Shown here piece after piece: positions 1 through 11,895 of a stretch of 49,523 nucleotides of DNA. Within the stretch, counting starts at the first letter, position 1; every line of letters begins with the position of its first letter. The DNA comes from Myxococcota bacterium (GTDB taxonomy: Bacteria; Myxococcota_A; Polyangia; Polyangiales; Sandaracinaceae). The position numbers and the translations under genes were made by a program. The notes under the pieces were generated by a model. It was not told the DNA's origin and searched no databases. It worked only from the letters and a program-made list of their open reading frames with translations. The stretch covers positions 1 to 49,523 of the forward strand of contig JAYZQJ010000260.1 in NCBI GenBank assembly GCA_036149055.1. The letters run 5' to 3'.

Positions 1-209
1 GCTGCGCCGTCAGACCCGTGTCCGCTCCGGGTGCCTCCGCACCCTACGCAGACACGGGTCAGCCGGCTTCGCGGGGCCCCCCCACCCGAGTCGCGCGCCT
101 GCGTCGCGCGTGTCCCGCGCTCCGCGCGTGAGCCACGCGGCTCGCGCGCGCGCGTCGCGCGAGCTGGCCGCCCGCTGCCGCGGGATCGAACGGGGCGGGG
201 TGGTTCGTG

Positions 210-336
210 CGGCGACCTCGCTGCGCTCGTCGCCTGCCGTCGTCTCGGGGCAGTCGTCGTGAAAGCGGGTGTGGCCCCCCGGGCGTCGGCGACCTCGCTG
301 CGCTCGTCGCCTGCCGTCGTCTCGGGTCAGTCGTCG
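210..336. repeat. Intergenic tandem direct repeat (two 50-bp copies, 77-bp period), each containing a GGCGAC-N12-GTCGCC hairpin; REP-like
   Basis: CGGCGACCTCGCTGCGCTCGTCGCCTGCCGTCGTCTCGGG(G/T)CAGTCGTCG at 210-259 and 287-336, 49/50 identical; weaker similarity continues (AGCGGG..TGGCC). Confidence 0.85.
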
Positions 337-383
337 CGGTAGCGGGCTTGGCCGCCCCCGCGCCATCGTTGCCACCTCTCGAG

Positions 384-2030
384 TCAGGAGAGGGCGTCGT
401 GGGCGGCCTGGAGCAGCTCGCGGCGGTGGAAGGGCTTGCGCACCACGCGGTAGCCGCGGTGGGCCGAGAGGCGGCGCAGCGAGCCGTCGGAGCGGTGGCC
501 GCTGACGACCACCACCGGGACGCCGAGCACGTGGGCGCGCTCCGCCATCTGCAGGCCGTCGCCGTCCGGCAGCTCGAGGTCCGTCACCACCAGGTCGAAG
601 CCGGCCGGGAGCGCGCCGAGCGCCTCTCGCAGGGTGCCCACCGCGCTGACCGACCAGCCGTGCGCCTCCATCACGCGGCCGATCACCACCCGCACCGCGC
701 GGTCGTCCTCGAGCAGGAGCACCCGCTCGCCGCTCCGGCGGGGCGGGGTGTCCTCGCCCTGCGCGGGCGCCTTCGGGTTCTCGACCGAGGTCGGCAGGTA
801 CACGCGGAAGGTCGTGCCCGCGCCGAGGGTGCTCTCGACGTCGACGCGGCCCGCGTTGCGGTCGACGATGTCCCGCACGAGGGCGAGGCCGAGCCCGGTG
901 CCGGAGGCCTTCGTGGTGAACATCGGCTCGAACACCCGGGCCCGGGTCTCCTCGCTCATGCCCTCGCCGTCGTCGTGAATGGCCAGCTGCACCCAGGGCC
1001 CGGCGCGGCGTGTGCCCGGCGCCTCGGACACCACCGCCGAGGTCCAGCGCACGGTGCCGCGGTCCGCGATCGCCTCCCGCGCGTTCAGGGTGAGGTTGAG
1101 CACCAGCTGGTCGAGCGAGCCGCGGTCGATCGCCACCGCCGGCAGCGGCTCGTCGTGCACGACCTCGAGCTGGATCTCGGGCGGCATCACCCGCCGGATC
1201 AGCCGGGTGACCGAGTCGAGCGCGTCGCGCGCGTCGGCGACCCGGCGGCCGCTCGTCCGGCGCCCGAAGCCGAGGAGCAGCCGGGTCAGGTCGGAGGCGT
1301 GCTGGCTGGCGTCGAGGATCTCCTCCACGTCGCGCAGCCGGTCGGGCTCCTGGATCTGGCTGTGGAGGAGGTCGGCGTAGTTCTCGACCACGGTGAGCAG
1401 GTTGTTGAGATCGTGGGCGGCGCCGCTCGCGAGCAGGGCGATCGCCTCCATGCGCTTGGCCTCCGACAGCGCGACGCTCCGGAGCCGGTCGCGCTCCACC
1501 CGCATGCGCTCGAGGGTGAGCGCCCGGCCGAGGATCTGCGCGACGACGTAGAGCAGCTCGATGTCGCGCCCGGTCCAGGGATCCTCCTCGGACACGTCGT
1601 CGAGCCCGATGAAGCCGCCGAGGGTGTGCTGGATCTGCACCGGGAAGGCGGCGAGCGACTGGATGTCCTGGGCCGCGAGCAGCTCGCGCTCGGCCTCCGC
1701 CTCCGGGGGGAGCTCGGCGAGGGAGGCGACGTGCACGGCGCGGCCACGCTCCATCTCGCGCATCCACCAGGGGAACAGATCGCGCGGGAGCCGCTGGAGG
1801 TGCTCCTTCTGCGGGGTGACGCCGGCCCGACACCACTCGTGGGTGTTGTCGAGCAGGGTCGCGTCGTCGACCCGCAGCAAGAAGAGGTACACCCGGTCGG
1901 CCCCGGTGGCGTCGCCCATCTCGCGCAGCGTGTCGTCGATCGCGCGGTCGAGATCGGCCGCGCCGACGAAGCGCGTCGAGATCGTGTGCACGATGCGCTG
2001 CAGCGCGTCGGCGCGATCACTCTCGACCAT
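384..2030 (-). CDS. Cytoplasmic hybrid sensor histidine kinase (GAF-HisKA-HATPase-REC)
   Basis: N-terminal GAF (ADRVYLF, NTHEWC, GFIGLD); H-box GAAHDLNNLLT; N-box LNLTLNAREA; DDGEGM, FEPMFTTK, GTGLGL; receiver LLLEDD..VVTDLELPDGDG..RKPF. ATG at 2030 chosen; in-frame GTG at 2051 is an alternative. Confidence 0.93.
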   Translation of the reverse strand: MVESDRADALQRIVHTISTRFVGAADLDRAIDDTLREMGDATGADRVYLFLLRVDDATLLDNTHEWCRAGVTPQKEHLQRLPRDLFPWWMREMERGRAVHVASLAELPPEAEAERELLAAQDIQSLAAFPVQIQHTLGGFIGLDDVSEEDPWTGRDIELLYVVAQILGRALTLERMRVERDRLRSVALSEAKRMEAIALLASGAAHDLNNLLTVVENYADLLHSQIQEPDRLRDVEEILDASQHASDLTRLLLGFGRRTSGRRVADARDALDSVTRLIRRVMPPEIQLEVVHDEPLPAVAIDRGSLDQLVLNLTLNAREAIADRGTVRWTSAVVSEAPGTRRAGPWVQLAIHDDGEGMSEETRARVFEPMFTTKASGTGLGLALVRDIVDRNAGRVDVESTLGAGTTFRVYLPTSVENPKAPAQGEDTPPRRSGERVLLLEDDRAVRVVIGRVMEAHGWSVSAVGTLREALGALPAGFDLVVTDLELPDGDGLQMAERAHVLGVPVVVVSGHRSDGSLRRLSAHRGYRVVRKPFHRRELLQAAHDALS

Positions 2031-2087
2031 GAGCCCCCCAGGCTCCCCCACTCCTTCATGGTGTGGTGGAGGGGGTACGGTTACAAG

Positions 2088-3971
2088 TCAGGCGGCGGGG
2101 GGAAGGCTGGGTTTCGTGGTGCTTTGCGGCGCGCCAGGACGCTTGCCGGCCGCGGAGGCCGGTTCGTCGGAGGTCAGCACCCGAACATGCTCCCCGATGT
2201 CGGACGTCAGGTCCGCCTCGAGCTCCTCGGGCACGTCGAAGAGGCCGCGCCCCTCGAGCGCGAGCCCGTGCGCCTCGGGGTAATCGATCTGTCCGACGTC
2301 GAGCCCCTCGATGCGGGCGAGCGCGTTCGCGTAGATGACGAGGTTGGGGAGGCTTCGTGGGCTGGCCAGGTCGTAGCGATCGGACTGCTCGATCGTCTTC
2401 GTCACCGGCTCGGGCAGCTCCCACTCCTTCGCGAGCGCCTTGCCCGCCTCGCGGTGGAACTGCTCGACGATGCCGAGCCACACGCCGTCGTTCATCCAGC
2501 TCGCCCCGAGCGCGTCGAGCAGGTTGCGCTCCGCGTCGAGCAGGTAGGCGGCGACGATCGGCTTGCCGACGTCGTGGAGCAGGCCGCCGAGGTAGGCCAC
2601 GTCGGGCTCGGGGCCGTCGTCGACGTGCTGGGCGAGCCCGCGCGCGAGCGTGCCCACCGCGAGGCAGTGCTCCCAGAGACGCCGGAAGGTCTGGCGGATG
2701 CGCGGATCGCGCGAGACGAAGACCTGACGCACGCTCAGCTCGAGGAGGAGCGAGCGCGTCCGCTTGATGCCGATCCGGCTGACCGCCTGGCGGATGGAGG
2801 CGATGCGACCGCGGCCGCCGAACGCCGGGCTGTTCACCACCCGCATGACCTTGCTGGACACGAGCGGGTCGCGCTCGATCAGCGCGGCGACCTTGCCGAG
2901 GTCGGCGTCCGGATCGGACAGCTCCTCCAGGCAGACGGTGACCACGGTGGGGATGCCCGGGAGCTGGGCGCGCCCGTAGGCGAGGCGGCGGCGCAGGATC
3001 TTGGTCAGCTCGCGCCCGACGGTCACGCTCTGGCGGCGCTCCATCTCGCGCTTGCCCTTGTAGGTCACCGGCTCGGGCTTGCCTTCGGCCGCCTCCTCGA
3101 GCGCGGCGGCGAACGCGCGCACGTCCTCGAAGCGATCCTCCGGCCGCTTCGCCAGCGCCCGCCGGACCACGGCGTCGAGCGCGGCCGGCAGCTCCGGGGC
3201 GTGCTTCTGGAGCGGCGCCGGGTCCTCGGTGGAGTGCATCACGACCAGGCGCCCGAAGCTGTCGCTCTCGAAGGGCGGCAGGCCGGTGAGCATCTCGTAG
3301 GTGACCACGCCGAGGGCGTACTGGTCCGAGCGCGCGTCGATCTCCGCGTCCCCGAGGCACTGCTCCGGGGACATGTAGGTCGGCGTGCCGAGCACCATGC
3401 CGGGGCGGGTCCCGCGCCCGAAGATGCCGGGGCCGGCGAGCTTGGCGATGCCGAAGTCCAGGACCTTCACCCGGTCCGGGTAGTCGGCGTGCGCACAGAG
3501 GAAGATGTTCTCCGGCTTGAGATCCCGGTGCACCACGCCCCGCTCGTGCGCGGCGGAGAGCGCCAGCGCGATCTGCTTCACCATCGTGAGGGTGGGGGCG
3601 AGCGCGATTCGCTCGTCCCGGTCGAGGCGAGCGCCGAGGGTCTCGCCCTCGAGCAGCTCCATCACCAGGTAGACCAGCCCGGCCTCGTCGCCGAAGTCGG
3701 TGATGTCGACGATGTTCGGGTGGCGGATGGCGTTGACCGCGCGGGCCTCGCGCACGAAGCGGCCGACCGGCTCGGGGTCGACCGAGAGCTCGGGGCGGAG
3801 CACCTTGATGGCGACCCGCCGCCCGATGCGCACGTGCTCGGCGTACCAGACGGTGCCCATGCCGCCCGCGCCCAGCTCGGTGACGATGCGGTAGGAGCCG
3901 AGCATGCGGCCCGCCAGCGTCGGCTCACGCTCCGGCGGCAGGGTGTTCCCCATCTCGAGGCTCTCGCTCAC
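2088..3971 (-). CDS. Ser/Thr protein kinase fused to a C-terminal HDOD domain
   Basis: Intact kinase motifs GAGGMG, VAIK, HRDLKPEN, DFG, GTPTYMSPE; then HDOD hallmarks LPGIP, IERDPLVSSKVMRVVNSPAF, SIRQAVSRIG, LWEHCLAVG, GLLHDVGK, LAKEWELP. Confidence 0.93.
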   Translation of the reverse strand: MSESLEMGNTLPPEREPTLAGRMLGSYRIVTELGAGGMGTVWYAEHVRIGRRVAIKVLRPELSVDPEPVGRFVREARAVNAIRHPNIVDITDFGDEAGLVYLVMELLEGETLGARLDRDERIALAPTLTMVKQIALALSAAHERGVVHRDLKPENIFLCAHADYPDRVKVLDFGIAKLAGPGIFGRGTRPGMVLGTPTYMSPEQCLGDAEIDARSDQYALGVVTYEMLTGLPPFESDSFGRLVVMHSTEDPAPLQKHAPELPAALDAVVRRALAKRPEDRFEDVRAFAAALEEAAEGKPEPVTYKGKREMERRQSVTVGRELTKILRRRLAYGRAQLPGIPTVVTVCLEELSDPDADLGKVAALIERDPLVSSKVMRVVNSPAFGGRGRIASIRQAVSRIGIKRTRSLLLELSVRQVFVSRDPRIRQTFRRLWEHCLAVGTLARGLAQHVDDGPEPDVAYLGGLLHDVGKPIVAAYLLDAERNLLDALGASWMNDGVWLGIVEQFHREAGKALAKEWELPEPVTKTIEQSDRYDLASPRSLPNLVIYANALARIEGLDVGQIDYPEAHGLALEGRGLFDVPEELEADLTSDIGEHVRVLTSDEPASAAGKRPGAPQSTTKPSLPPAA

Positions 3972-4007
3972 CGGACCTTCGAACGGTCGGTTCGACTGCG
4001 CCTTTAG

Positions 4008-5729
4008 TCAGGATCCGCCGGACGCGAGCGGGAAGACGATCTCGAAGGTCGTGCCGCGCCCAAGCTCGCTCCGGACGTCGACCGCGCCGCCCCACTGCTG
4101 GGCGATGCCGTGCACGGTCGCGAGGCCGAGCCCGGTGCCTCGGTCGTTCTCCTTGGTGGTGAAGAAGGGCTCGAAGATCCGGGCCGCGGTCGCCGGGTCC
4201 ATGCCCACGCCGGTGTCGGAGACCTCGAGGCGGCCCGCGCCGTCTTCGACCCGCACGGTCAGCGAGAGCGCGCCGCCCTCCGGCATCGCGTCCCGCGCGT
4301 TCACGGCCAGGTTCATCACGACCTGCTCGAGCTGCGAGCCGTCCACCCGCGCCACGCACGGGCCGGGCGCGTCGATCGAGAGCGCGATCTCCGGGCCCAC
4401 CAGCCGGGACAGGAGCGGCCGAAGCCCGCGCACCACCGCGGCCACGTCGAGCTCCCGGGGCTGACCCGGCTGCTCGCGGGCGAAGGTCAGCAGCTGGCGC
4501 ACCAGCCCGTTCGCGCGGTCGGTGACGTCGCCCATGTCGGTGACCAGGGCCTTGGCGCTCGGGGTGAGCGGCTCCGACTCGAGCAGCACCCGCACGCTCA
4601 TCAGCACAGTGAGCAGGTTGCCGAAGTCGTGGGCCACCCCGCCGGCGAGCGCGCCGAGGGCCTCCATGCGCTGAGACGCCGCCAGCCGCCGGGCCAGCTC
4701 CCGCCGCTCGCGCTGCGCCCGCCGCCGCGCGGTCACGTCCCGGGCCACCAGCTGCAGACAAGGCCCGCCGCCGGTGGTCGCCACCCGCACGTTGACCTCG
4801 AGGTCCCGGCGCTCCCCGTCCGGCCGCACGATCTGGAAGGTCGAGAGCCGGCTGTCGGTGCTCGCGTCGGAGATGGGATCGTCGTCCCCGGAGAGATCGA
4901 AGCCGAGCGCGTCGAGGGGGAGCCCGACGATCTCGTCGCGCCCTCGGCCGAGGAGCCGCTCGGCCGCCGGGTTGCACATCGCGACGGTGCCGGCCGGCCC
5001 GACGGTCACGATCGCGTCCGGCGAGCCCTGCACCATGTCCGCGAGCTCGCGCTCGCCCTGCGTGGCGGCGGCGACGGCGGCCCGGTGCCGGAGCGCGGTC
5101 GCGACGAGGTGGAGCACGGCCTCGACGAGCTCGGCGTCGTGAGACTTGGCCGCCCCGTCGAGCTCGACGACGAGCGCCGCCGCGCCCTGGTCCATCGCCA
5201 CCACGCTGACGATGCGGTCGCCCCGCGGACCGGCCTCCACCCGCGCCTGCTCCCGGCTCTCGGCCCGCTCGAGGGAGACGCGGTCGGAGCGGGCGTCGCC
5301 GGGCGCCCCTCGCTCCGCCCGCACGCTCCAGGCGTGACCCCCACGCTGGAGCCAGGCCACGCGGAGGGGCGCGAGGAGCACGTCGACCTGCGCCACGGCG
5401 CGCTCGCGCAGCTCGGCCGCCTCGAGGCCCTCGGCGATGGCGCGGCCGAGGCTGGCCAGCGCCTCGCCTCGGGCGGCGCGCTGGGCGAGGCGCGCGTGCG
5501 CTCGCTGCAGCTCGAAGGCGCGCTCGGCGTGCCCGGCCCGCGCGTGCCGCGACCGACGTAGCTGGAGCGCGGCTAGCCCGAGCCCGGCGAGCCCGGCGAC
5601 CGCCGCGGCTCCGGCCGCGACCCGCCAGCCCTCGGTCGCCCAGACGACCGCGGTCCCGAGCGCGACCGCGACGAGGGGGAGCAGCGCGGCGCTCGAACGC
5701 CCCAGCCACTCCGACCCGTCTCGCCCCAT
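4008..5729 (-). CDS. Membrane sensor histidine kinase (short TM region, GAF-like, PAS, HisKA-HATPase); paralogue 1 of 3
   Basis: Hydrophobic N-terminus; PAS (GSPDAIVTV..CNPAAERLLG); GGVAHDFGNLLT, NLAVNARDAMP, DTGVGM, FEPFFTTK, GTGLGL. ATG 5729 chosen by analogy to the paralogue starts and promoter position. Confidence 0.92.
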   Translation of the reverse strand: MGRDGSEWLGRSSAALLPLVAVALGTAVVWATEGWRVAAGAAAVAGLAGLGLAALQLRRSRHARAGHAERAFELQRAHARLAQRAARGEALASLGRAIAEGLEAAELRERAVAQVDVLLAPLRVAWLQRGGHAWSVRAERGAPGDARSDRVSLERAESREQARVEAGPRGDRIVSVVAMDQGAAALVVELDGAAKSHDAELVEAVLHLVATALRHRAAVAAATQGERELADMVQGSPDAIVTVGPAGTVAMCNPAAERLLGRGRDEIVGLPLDALGFDLSGDDDPISDASTDSRLSTFQIVRPDGERRDLEVNVRVATTGGGPCLQLVARDVTARRRAQRERRELARRLAASQRMEALGALAGGVAHDFGNLLTVLMSVRVLLESEPLTPSAKALVTDMGDVTDRANGLVRQLLTFAREQPGQPRELDVAAVVRGLRPLLSRLVGPEIALSIDAPGPCVARVDGSQLEQVVMNLAVNARDAMPEGGALSLTVRVEDGAGRLEVSDTGVGMDPATAARIFEPFFTTKENDRGTGLGLATVHGIAQQWGGAVDVRSELGRGTTFEIVFPLASGGS

Positions 5730-5748
5730 CCCCACGCCCCCCGGCATA

Positions 5749-5763
5749 TCACCCCTCGTGCCA
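5749..5763 (-). promoter_or_regulatory. Putative sigma54 (-24/-12) promoter, variant -12 (GA instead of GC)
   Basis: Minus strand TGGCACG-AGGG-GTGA, about 20 nt upstream of the 5729 start; comparable position to the boxes before the two paralogues. Confidence 0.5.
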
Positions 5764-5860
5764 AGGCGGCGAACGGCGTCGAGCGCGCAATCCGAAGGGG
5801 GTGTTGCGGGGGTCCGCCCACGCGATCGGGGGCCGCGCCTACGCCCTCACCGAGCGGGAA

Positions 5861-8509
<2,649 letters not shown>

Positions 8510-8544
8510 CCCACCCTCACCGTGTTCACCGACTCGTCCCGGTC

Positions 8545-8559
8545 GCACCGGTCGTGCCA
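8545..8559 (-). promoter_or_regulatory. Putative sigma54 promoter
   Basis: Minus strand TGGCACG-ACCG-GTGC (GG-N10-GC) upstream of the 8509 start. Confidence 0.7.
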
Positions 8560-8686
8560 CCGGGGCGCACGCTGGGTTCGGGGCGCTCGCTCCGCCACGT
8601 GTCGGGCGCGCCCCACAGCCGACCGCGGCGCTATCCACCGAGTGGCCTGAATGGTCGGGGGGCGTCGCCAGCCAGGAAATGGCCAG

Positions 8687-10486
8687 CTACTCGGCGACGT
8701 CCGCCAGAGGGGGTTCCCGATCGGGGGCTTCCGAGTCGATCGGGAGCCGCACTCGGAAGATCGTGCCCGCGCCCGGGCGGCTCTCCACCTCGATGTCCCC
8801 GCGCGCGCGGCGCACGATGCCGTGCACGGTCGCGAGGCCGAGGCCGGTGCCGCCCTCGTCGCCCTTGGTCGTGAAGAAGGGCTCGAAGATCTGGGCGGCG
8901 ATCTCCTCCGACATGCCGACGCCGCTGTCGCGAACGGCGATCACGATCTCTTCGCCCTCGCGGTCGACCGCGATCTCGAGGCGACCGTCGCCCCGCATCG
9001 CGTCGCGCGCGTTGACGGCGAGGTTCATGACCACCTGCTCGAGCTGCGAGGGATCGATGTGCGCGTGAGTCTCCGCCGCGGCGTCCACCGTGAGCGCGAC
9101 CGACGGACCGACCAGGCGGCGCAGCAGGGGCTCGAGCCCGGCGACCGCCTGCCCCACGTCGACGCGACGGGGCGCGCCCGCGCGCTTGCGGGCGAAGGTG
9201 AGGAGCTGACCGGTCAGCGCGGACGCCCGCTCGGAGAGATCGCCCATCTCGTCGATGAGCTCGCGGGCCGAGTCGGGGAGGGGTTCCGACTCGAGCAGCT
9301 CGCGGAGGCCGATCAGGATCGTCAGGAGGTTGTTGAAGTCGTGCGCGACGCCGCCCGCGAGCTTGCCGAGCGCCTCCATGCGTTGTGAGGCGGCCAGCTG
9401 CCGCTGCCCCGCCTGCACCTCCTCGGCGGCCGCGCGGTGTCGGAGCGCGGTGGCGACGAGGTGCGCGATCGCCTCCAGGAACTCGGCGTCGTGCTCGCCC
9501 GGCGACGCGCCCGGCGGGAAGAAGGCGACGATGCCGGCCGCGCCGCCGCCGAGCGACACGGCCGCCGCCATCGTCACCCCGCCGCGCGTCGGCGCGTCGC
9601 CTCTCACCACCTGCCCGAGCGTCTCGGAGGCATCGAGCAGGGGGCTCGCCGCCTCTTCCGGCGCGCCCGGAGCGGCGGAGGCCAGCACGCGCCAGGTCGG
9701 ACCCTCGCGCTTCTCGAGCCACCACACGTCGCGCGCGCGAAGCTCCGCCGCCGCGCGAGAGATCGCGCTCCCGCGGAGCGTCTCGGCGTCCATGTCCTCC
9801 GCGATGTCGCGGCCGAGCGCCGCGAGCGCCTCGCCTCGGGCGGCGCGAATCGTCAGCGCGTCTCGCGCCTCGGCCAGCGCCTCCGCGCGCTCCTCGGCTC
9901 GCACGAGCGCCCGCTCGGTCCCGCGCGCGCCGAACGCCGCGTAGAGCGTGAGGAGCACCAGCATGATCCCGTAGCCGACGGCGTAGGACCGCACCGAGTT
10001 GGGCCAGCCGGGGCCCGGCAGCGGGCCGTCGGCCGAGAGCGCGAAGAAGCCGACGCCGAGCGCGACGCCGACGGCCCCGAAGATCAGCGCGCCGCGCGTC
10101 CCGAGCAGGAGCGCGCCGGCCAGCACCATGAGCGGCAGCGCCCAGGCGAGCGGGCTCTGGAACGGCGGGCCGCCCAGGCTGAAGATGTAGCCGGCCATCG
10201 CGAGCAGGCTCAGGGGGAGCAGCCAGGACGCCGGGCGTTCGCGGCCCGCGAGGACGAGGCCGAAGCCGGCGGCGGTGGGGACGAAGAACACCCAGAACTG
10301 CGCGGTCCGCAGCATCTCGGGTTGCACGAACGCGACCGCGAGGGCGTCCAGCGAGAGGGACACGAGCATGACCGCGTAGACCACCCACGCCGTCTTCGCG
10401 CGCCGCGTCCGAGCCGGGTCCTCGTATGACGGCGGCCCGAGCCAGCGCGCCCCTCTCCAGTCGTGCGTTCGTGTTCGCGGACCCAT
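8687..10486 (-). CDS. Membrane sensor histidine kinase (multi-TM, GAF-like, HisKA-HATPase; no PAS, no REC); paralogue 3 of 3
   Basis: TM region homologous to the 5861-8509 protein; LEAIAHLVATALRHRAA; GGVAHDFNNLLT; DSGVGM, FEPFFTTK, GTGLGL. Confidence 0.93.
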   Translation of the reverse strand: MGPRTRTHDWRGARWLGPPSYEDPARTRRAKTAWVVYAVMLVSLSLDALAVAFVQPEMLRTAQFWVFFVPTAAGFGLVLAGRERPASWLLPLSLLAMAGYIFSLGGPPFQSPLAWALPLMVLAGALLLGTRGALIFGAVGVALGVGFFALSADGPLPGPGWPNSVRSYAVGYGIMLVLLTLYAAFGARGTERALVRAEERAEALAEARDALTIRAARGEALAALGRDIAEDMDAETLRGSAISRAAAELRARDVWWLEKREGPTWRVLASAAPGAPEEAASPLLDASETLGQVVRGDAPTRGGVTMAAAVSLGGGAAGIVAFFPPGASPGEHDAEFLEAIAHLVATALRHRAAAEEVQAGQRQLAASQRMEALGKLAGGVAHDFNNLLTILIGLRELLESEPLPDSARELIDEMGDLSERASALTGQLLTFARKRAGAPRRVDVGQAVAGLEPLLRRLVGPSVALTVDAAAETHAHIDPSQLEQVVMNLAVNARDAMRGDGRLEIAVDREGEEIVIAVRDSGVGMSEEIAAQIFEPFFTTKGDEGGTGLGLATVHGIVRRARGDIEVESRPGAGTIFRVRLPIDSEAPDREPPLADVAE

Positions 10487-10507
10487 CCCACCCCCACCGC
10501 AGAGTAC

Positions 10508-10522
10508 GCACCGCGCGTGCCA
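10508..10522 (-). promoter_or_regulatory. Putative sigma54 promoter
   Basis: Minus strand TGGCACG-CGCG-GTGC (GG-N10-GC) upstream of the 10486 start. Confidence 0.7.
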
Positions 10523-10625
10523 CGGCTGAGACTGGTGTGAGAGCGAGCCTCAGGACGAGACTCGTAGGGTCCACCCGACGCGTTGCGTCGGCTGCCGCGG
10601 GCTGACATGGCAAAGCGAGCGAGGC

Positions 10626-11336
10626 ATGGCCGACCAAGGGCGAAAGCGCGCCGTCGAGGAGGCGACCGATCGGATCCGGGAGGACATCCTCACCGGGAGA
10701 CATCCGGCCGGGAGCCGGCTCCCCGGCGAGCGCGAGCTGTCGACCCAGCTCGGCGTCAGCCGGCTCACCCTGCGCTCGGCGATCGCGCGCCTCGAGGGCG
10801 AGGGGCTCGTGCGCGCGGTGCACGGCTCGGGCAACCTGGTGCTCTCCTACCGCGAGCACGGCGGCATCGAGCTGCTCGGCTACCTGGCGGAGCTCGCGCT
10901 CCAGGGGCGGGCGCTCGACCTCTCGATGCTCGGTGAGCTGCTCGAGCTCCGGCGCGCGATCGCGGTCGAGGCGCTCGGGCTCGCCGCCGAGCGGGGCACC
11001 GACGAGGAGCTGGCGGCGCTGCGCGCGCACGTGGCCCGGCAACGCGAGGTGCTCGATCGGCCGCGCGAGCTGATGGAGATGGACCTGACGTTCGCCCGCC
11101 TCGTGGTGCGCGCGACCCACAACATCGCCTTCGAGCTGGTGACCAACACGGTGTCCCGGGCGCTCGGTCGGAGCGCGCTCGAGCTCGCGTTCCAGGCGAA
11201 CGCCGAGCAGACCCTGCAGGTCTACGAGCGGCTCATCGACCTGATGGAGCGTCGGGAGGCCGATCGGGTGCGTCAGGTGACGGTGCGGCTCTTGACCCGC
11301 CTCGACCGTCAGCTGCTCGCCGCGTTCGGGGGCTGA
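10626..11336 (+). CDS. GntR-family transcriptional regulator, FadR subfamily (wHTH + FCD)
   Basis: GSRLPGERELSTQLGVSRLTLRSAIARLEGEGLV..HGSG; C-terminal ELLELRRAI..DLTFARLVVRATHN; GAGG RBS. Confidence 0.93.
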   Translation: MADQGRKRAVEEATDRIREDILTGRHPAGSRLPGERELSTQLGVSRLTLRSAIARLEGEGLVRAVHGSGNLVLSYREHGGIELLGYLAELALQGRALDLSMLGELLELRRAIAVEALGLAAERGTDEELAALRAHVARQREVLDRPRELMEMDLTFARLVVRATHNIAFELVTNTVSRALGRSALELAFQANAEQTLQVYERLIDLMERREADRVRQVTVRLLTRLDRQLLAAFGG

Positions 11337-11870
11337 TCAGCGCCGCGGGTCGGCGAAGAGGTTCTCGTGGACCTCGCGGAGGAGATCCTGGCTCTCCTCC
11401 TTCTCGAAGCCGAAGGCCTGGGCGAGGGAGTCGATGGCCGCCGCCTCCGCGTGGGCCACGAAGTCGTCGACGAAGGCCACGCTCGCGGCCAGCTGGAACG
11501 CGAAGGAGCGCGCCTCGGGCGCCTTGATCGCGGCCGCCGCCTTCTCCAGGCGCTGCTTCCAGCCCTCGGCGGCCAGCCGCTCGCCGAGCTCCTCGAGGAC
11601 CGCCTCGAGCTCGAAGCCCGGGAGCTCGTTCATGTCGCGGATGGCCTGGAGCGACGCGCGCAGCTCGCGGATCTCGTCCTCGGAGACCTCGCCGTCCACC
11701 GCGGCCATCAGGAACATGACCTCGACGATCGCCATCATCTCGGCGCGCGCCTCGGCGGCGGGATCGTCGACCGGCGTCCCGTTGGCCTCCAGCTCGTCCA
11801 TGTACGAGCCGATGGCGTCCGAGACGCTCATGCCGGTGGCGATCTTCTCGAGCCTCTCTTCGAGCTTCAT
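11337..11870 (-). CDS. TerB-family (tellurite resistance-like) protein
   Basis: Two TerB half-motifs: MFLMAAVDGEVSEDE and VAFVDDFVAHAEAAAIDSLAQAFG. Confidence 0.8.
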   Translation of the reverse strand: MKLEERLEKIATGMSVSDAIGSYMDELEANGTPVDDPAAEARAEMMAIVEVMFLMAAVDGEVSEDEIRELRASLQAIRDMNELPGFELEAVLEELGERLAAEGWKQRLEKAAAAIKAPEARSFAFQLAASVAFVDDFVAHAEAAAIDSLAQAFGFEKEESQDLLREVHENLFADPRR

Positions 11871-11895
11871 GCGCGCATGGTAGCCCCGAACTCGC

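Noticed and set aside
210..336. Possible mini-CRISPR
   Set aside because: Only two copies, the intervening sequences resemble each other, and there are no cas genes.
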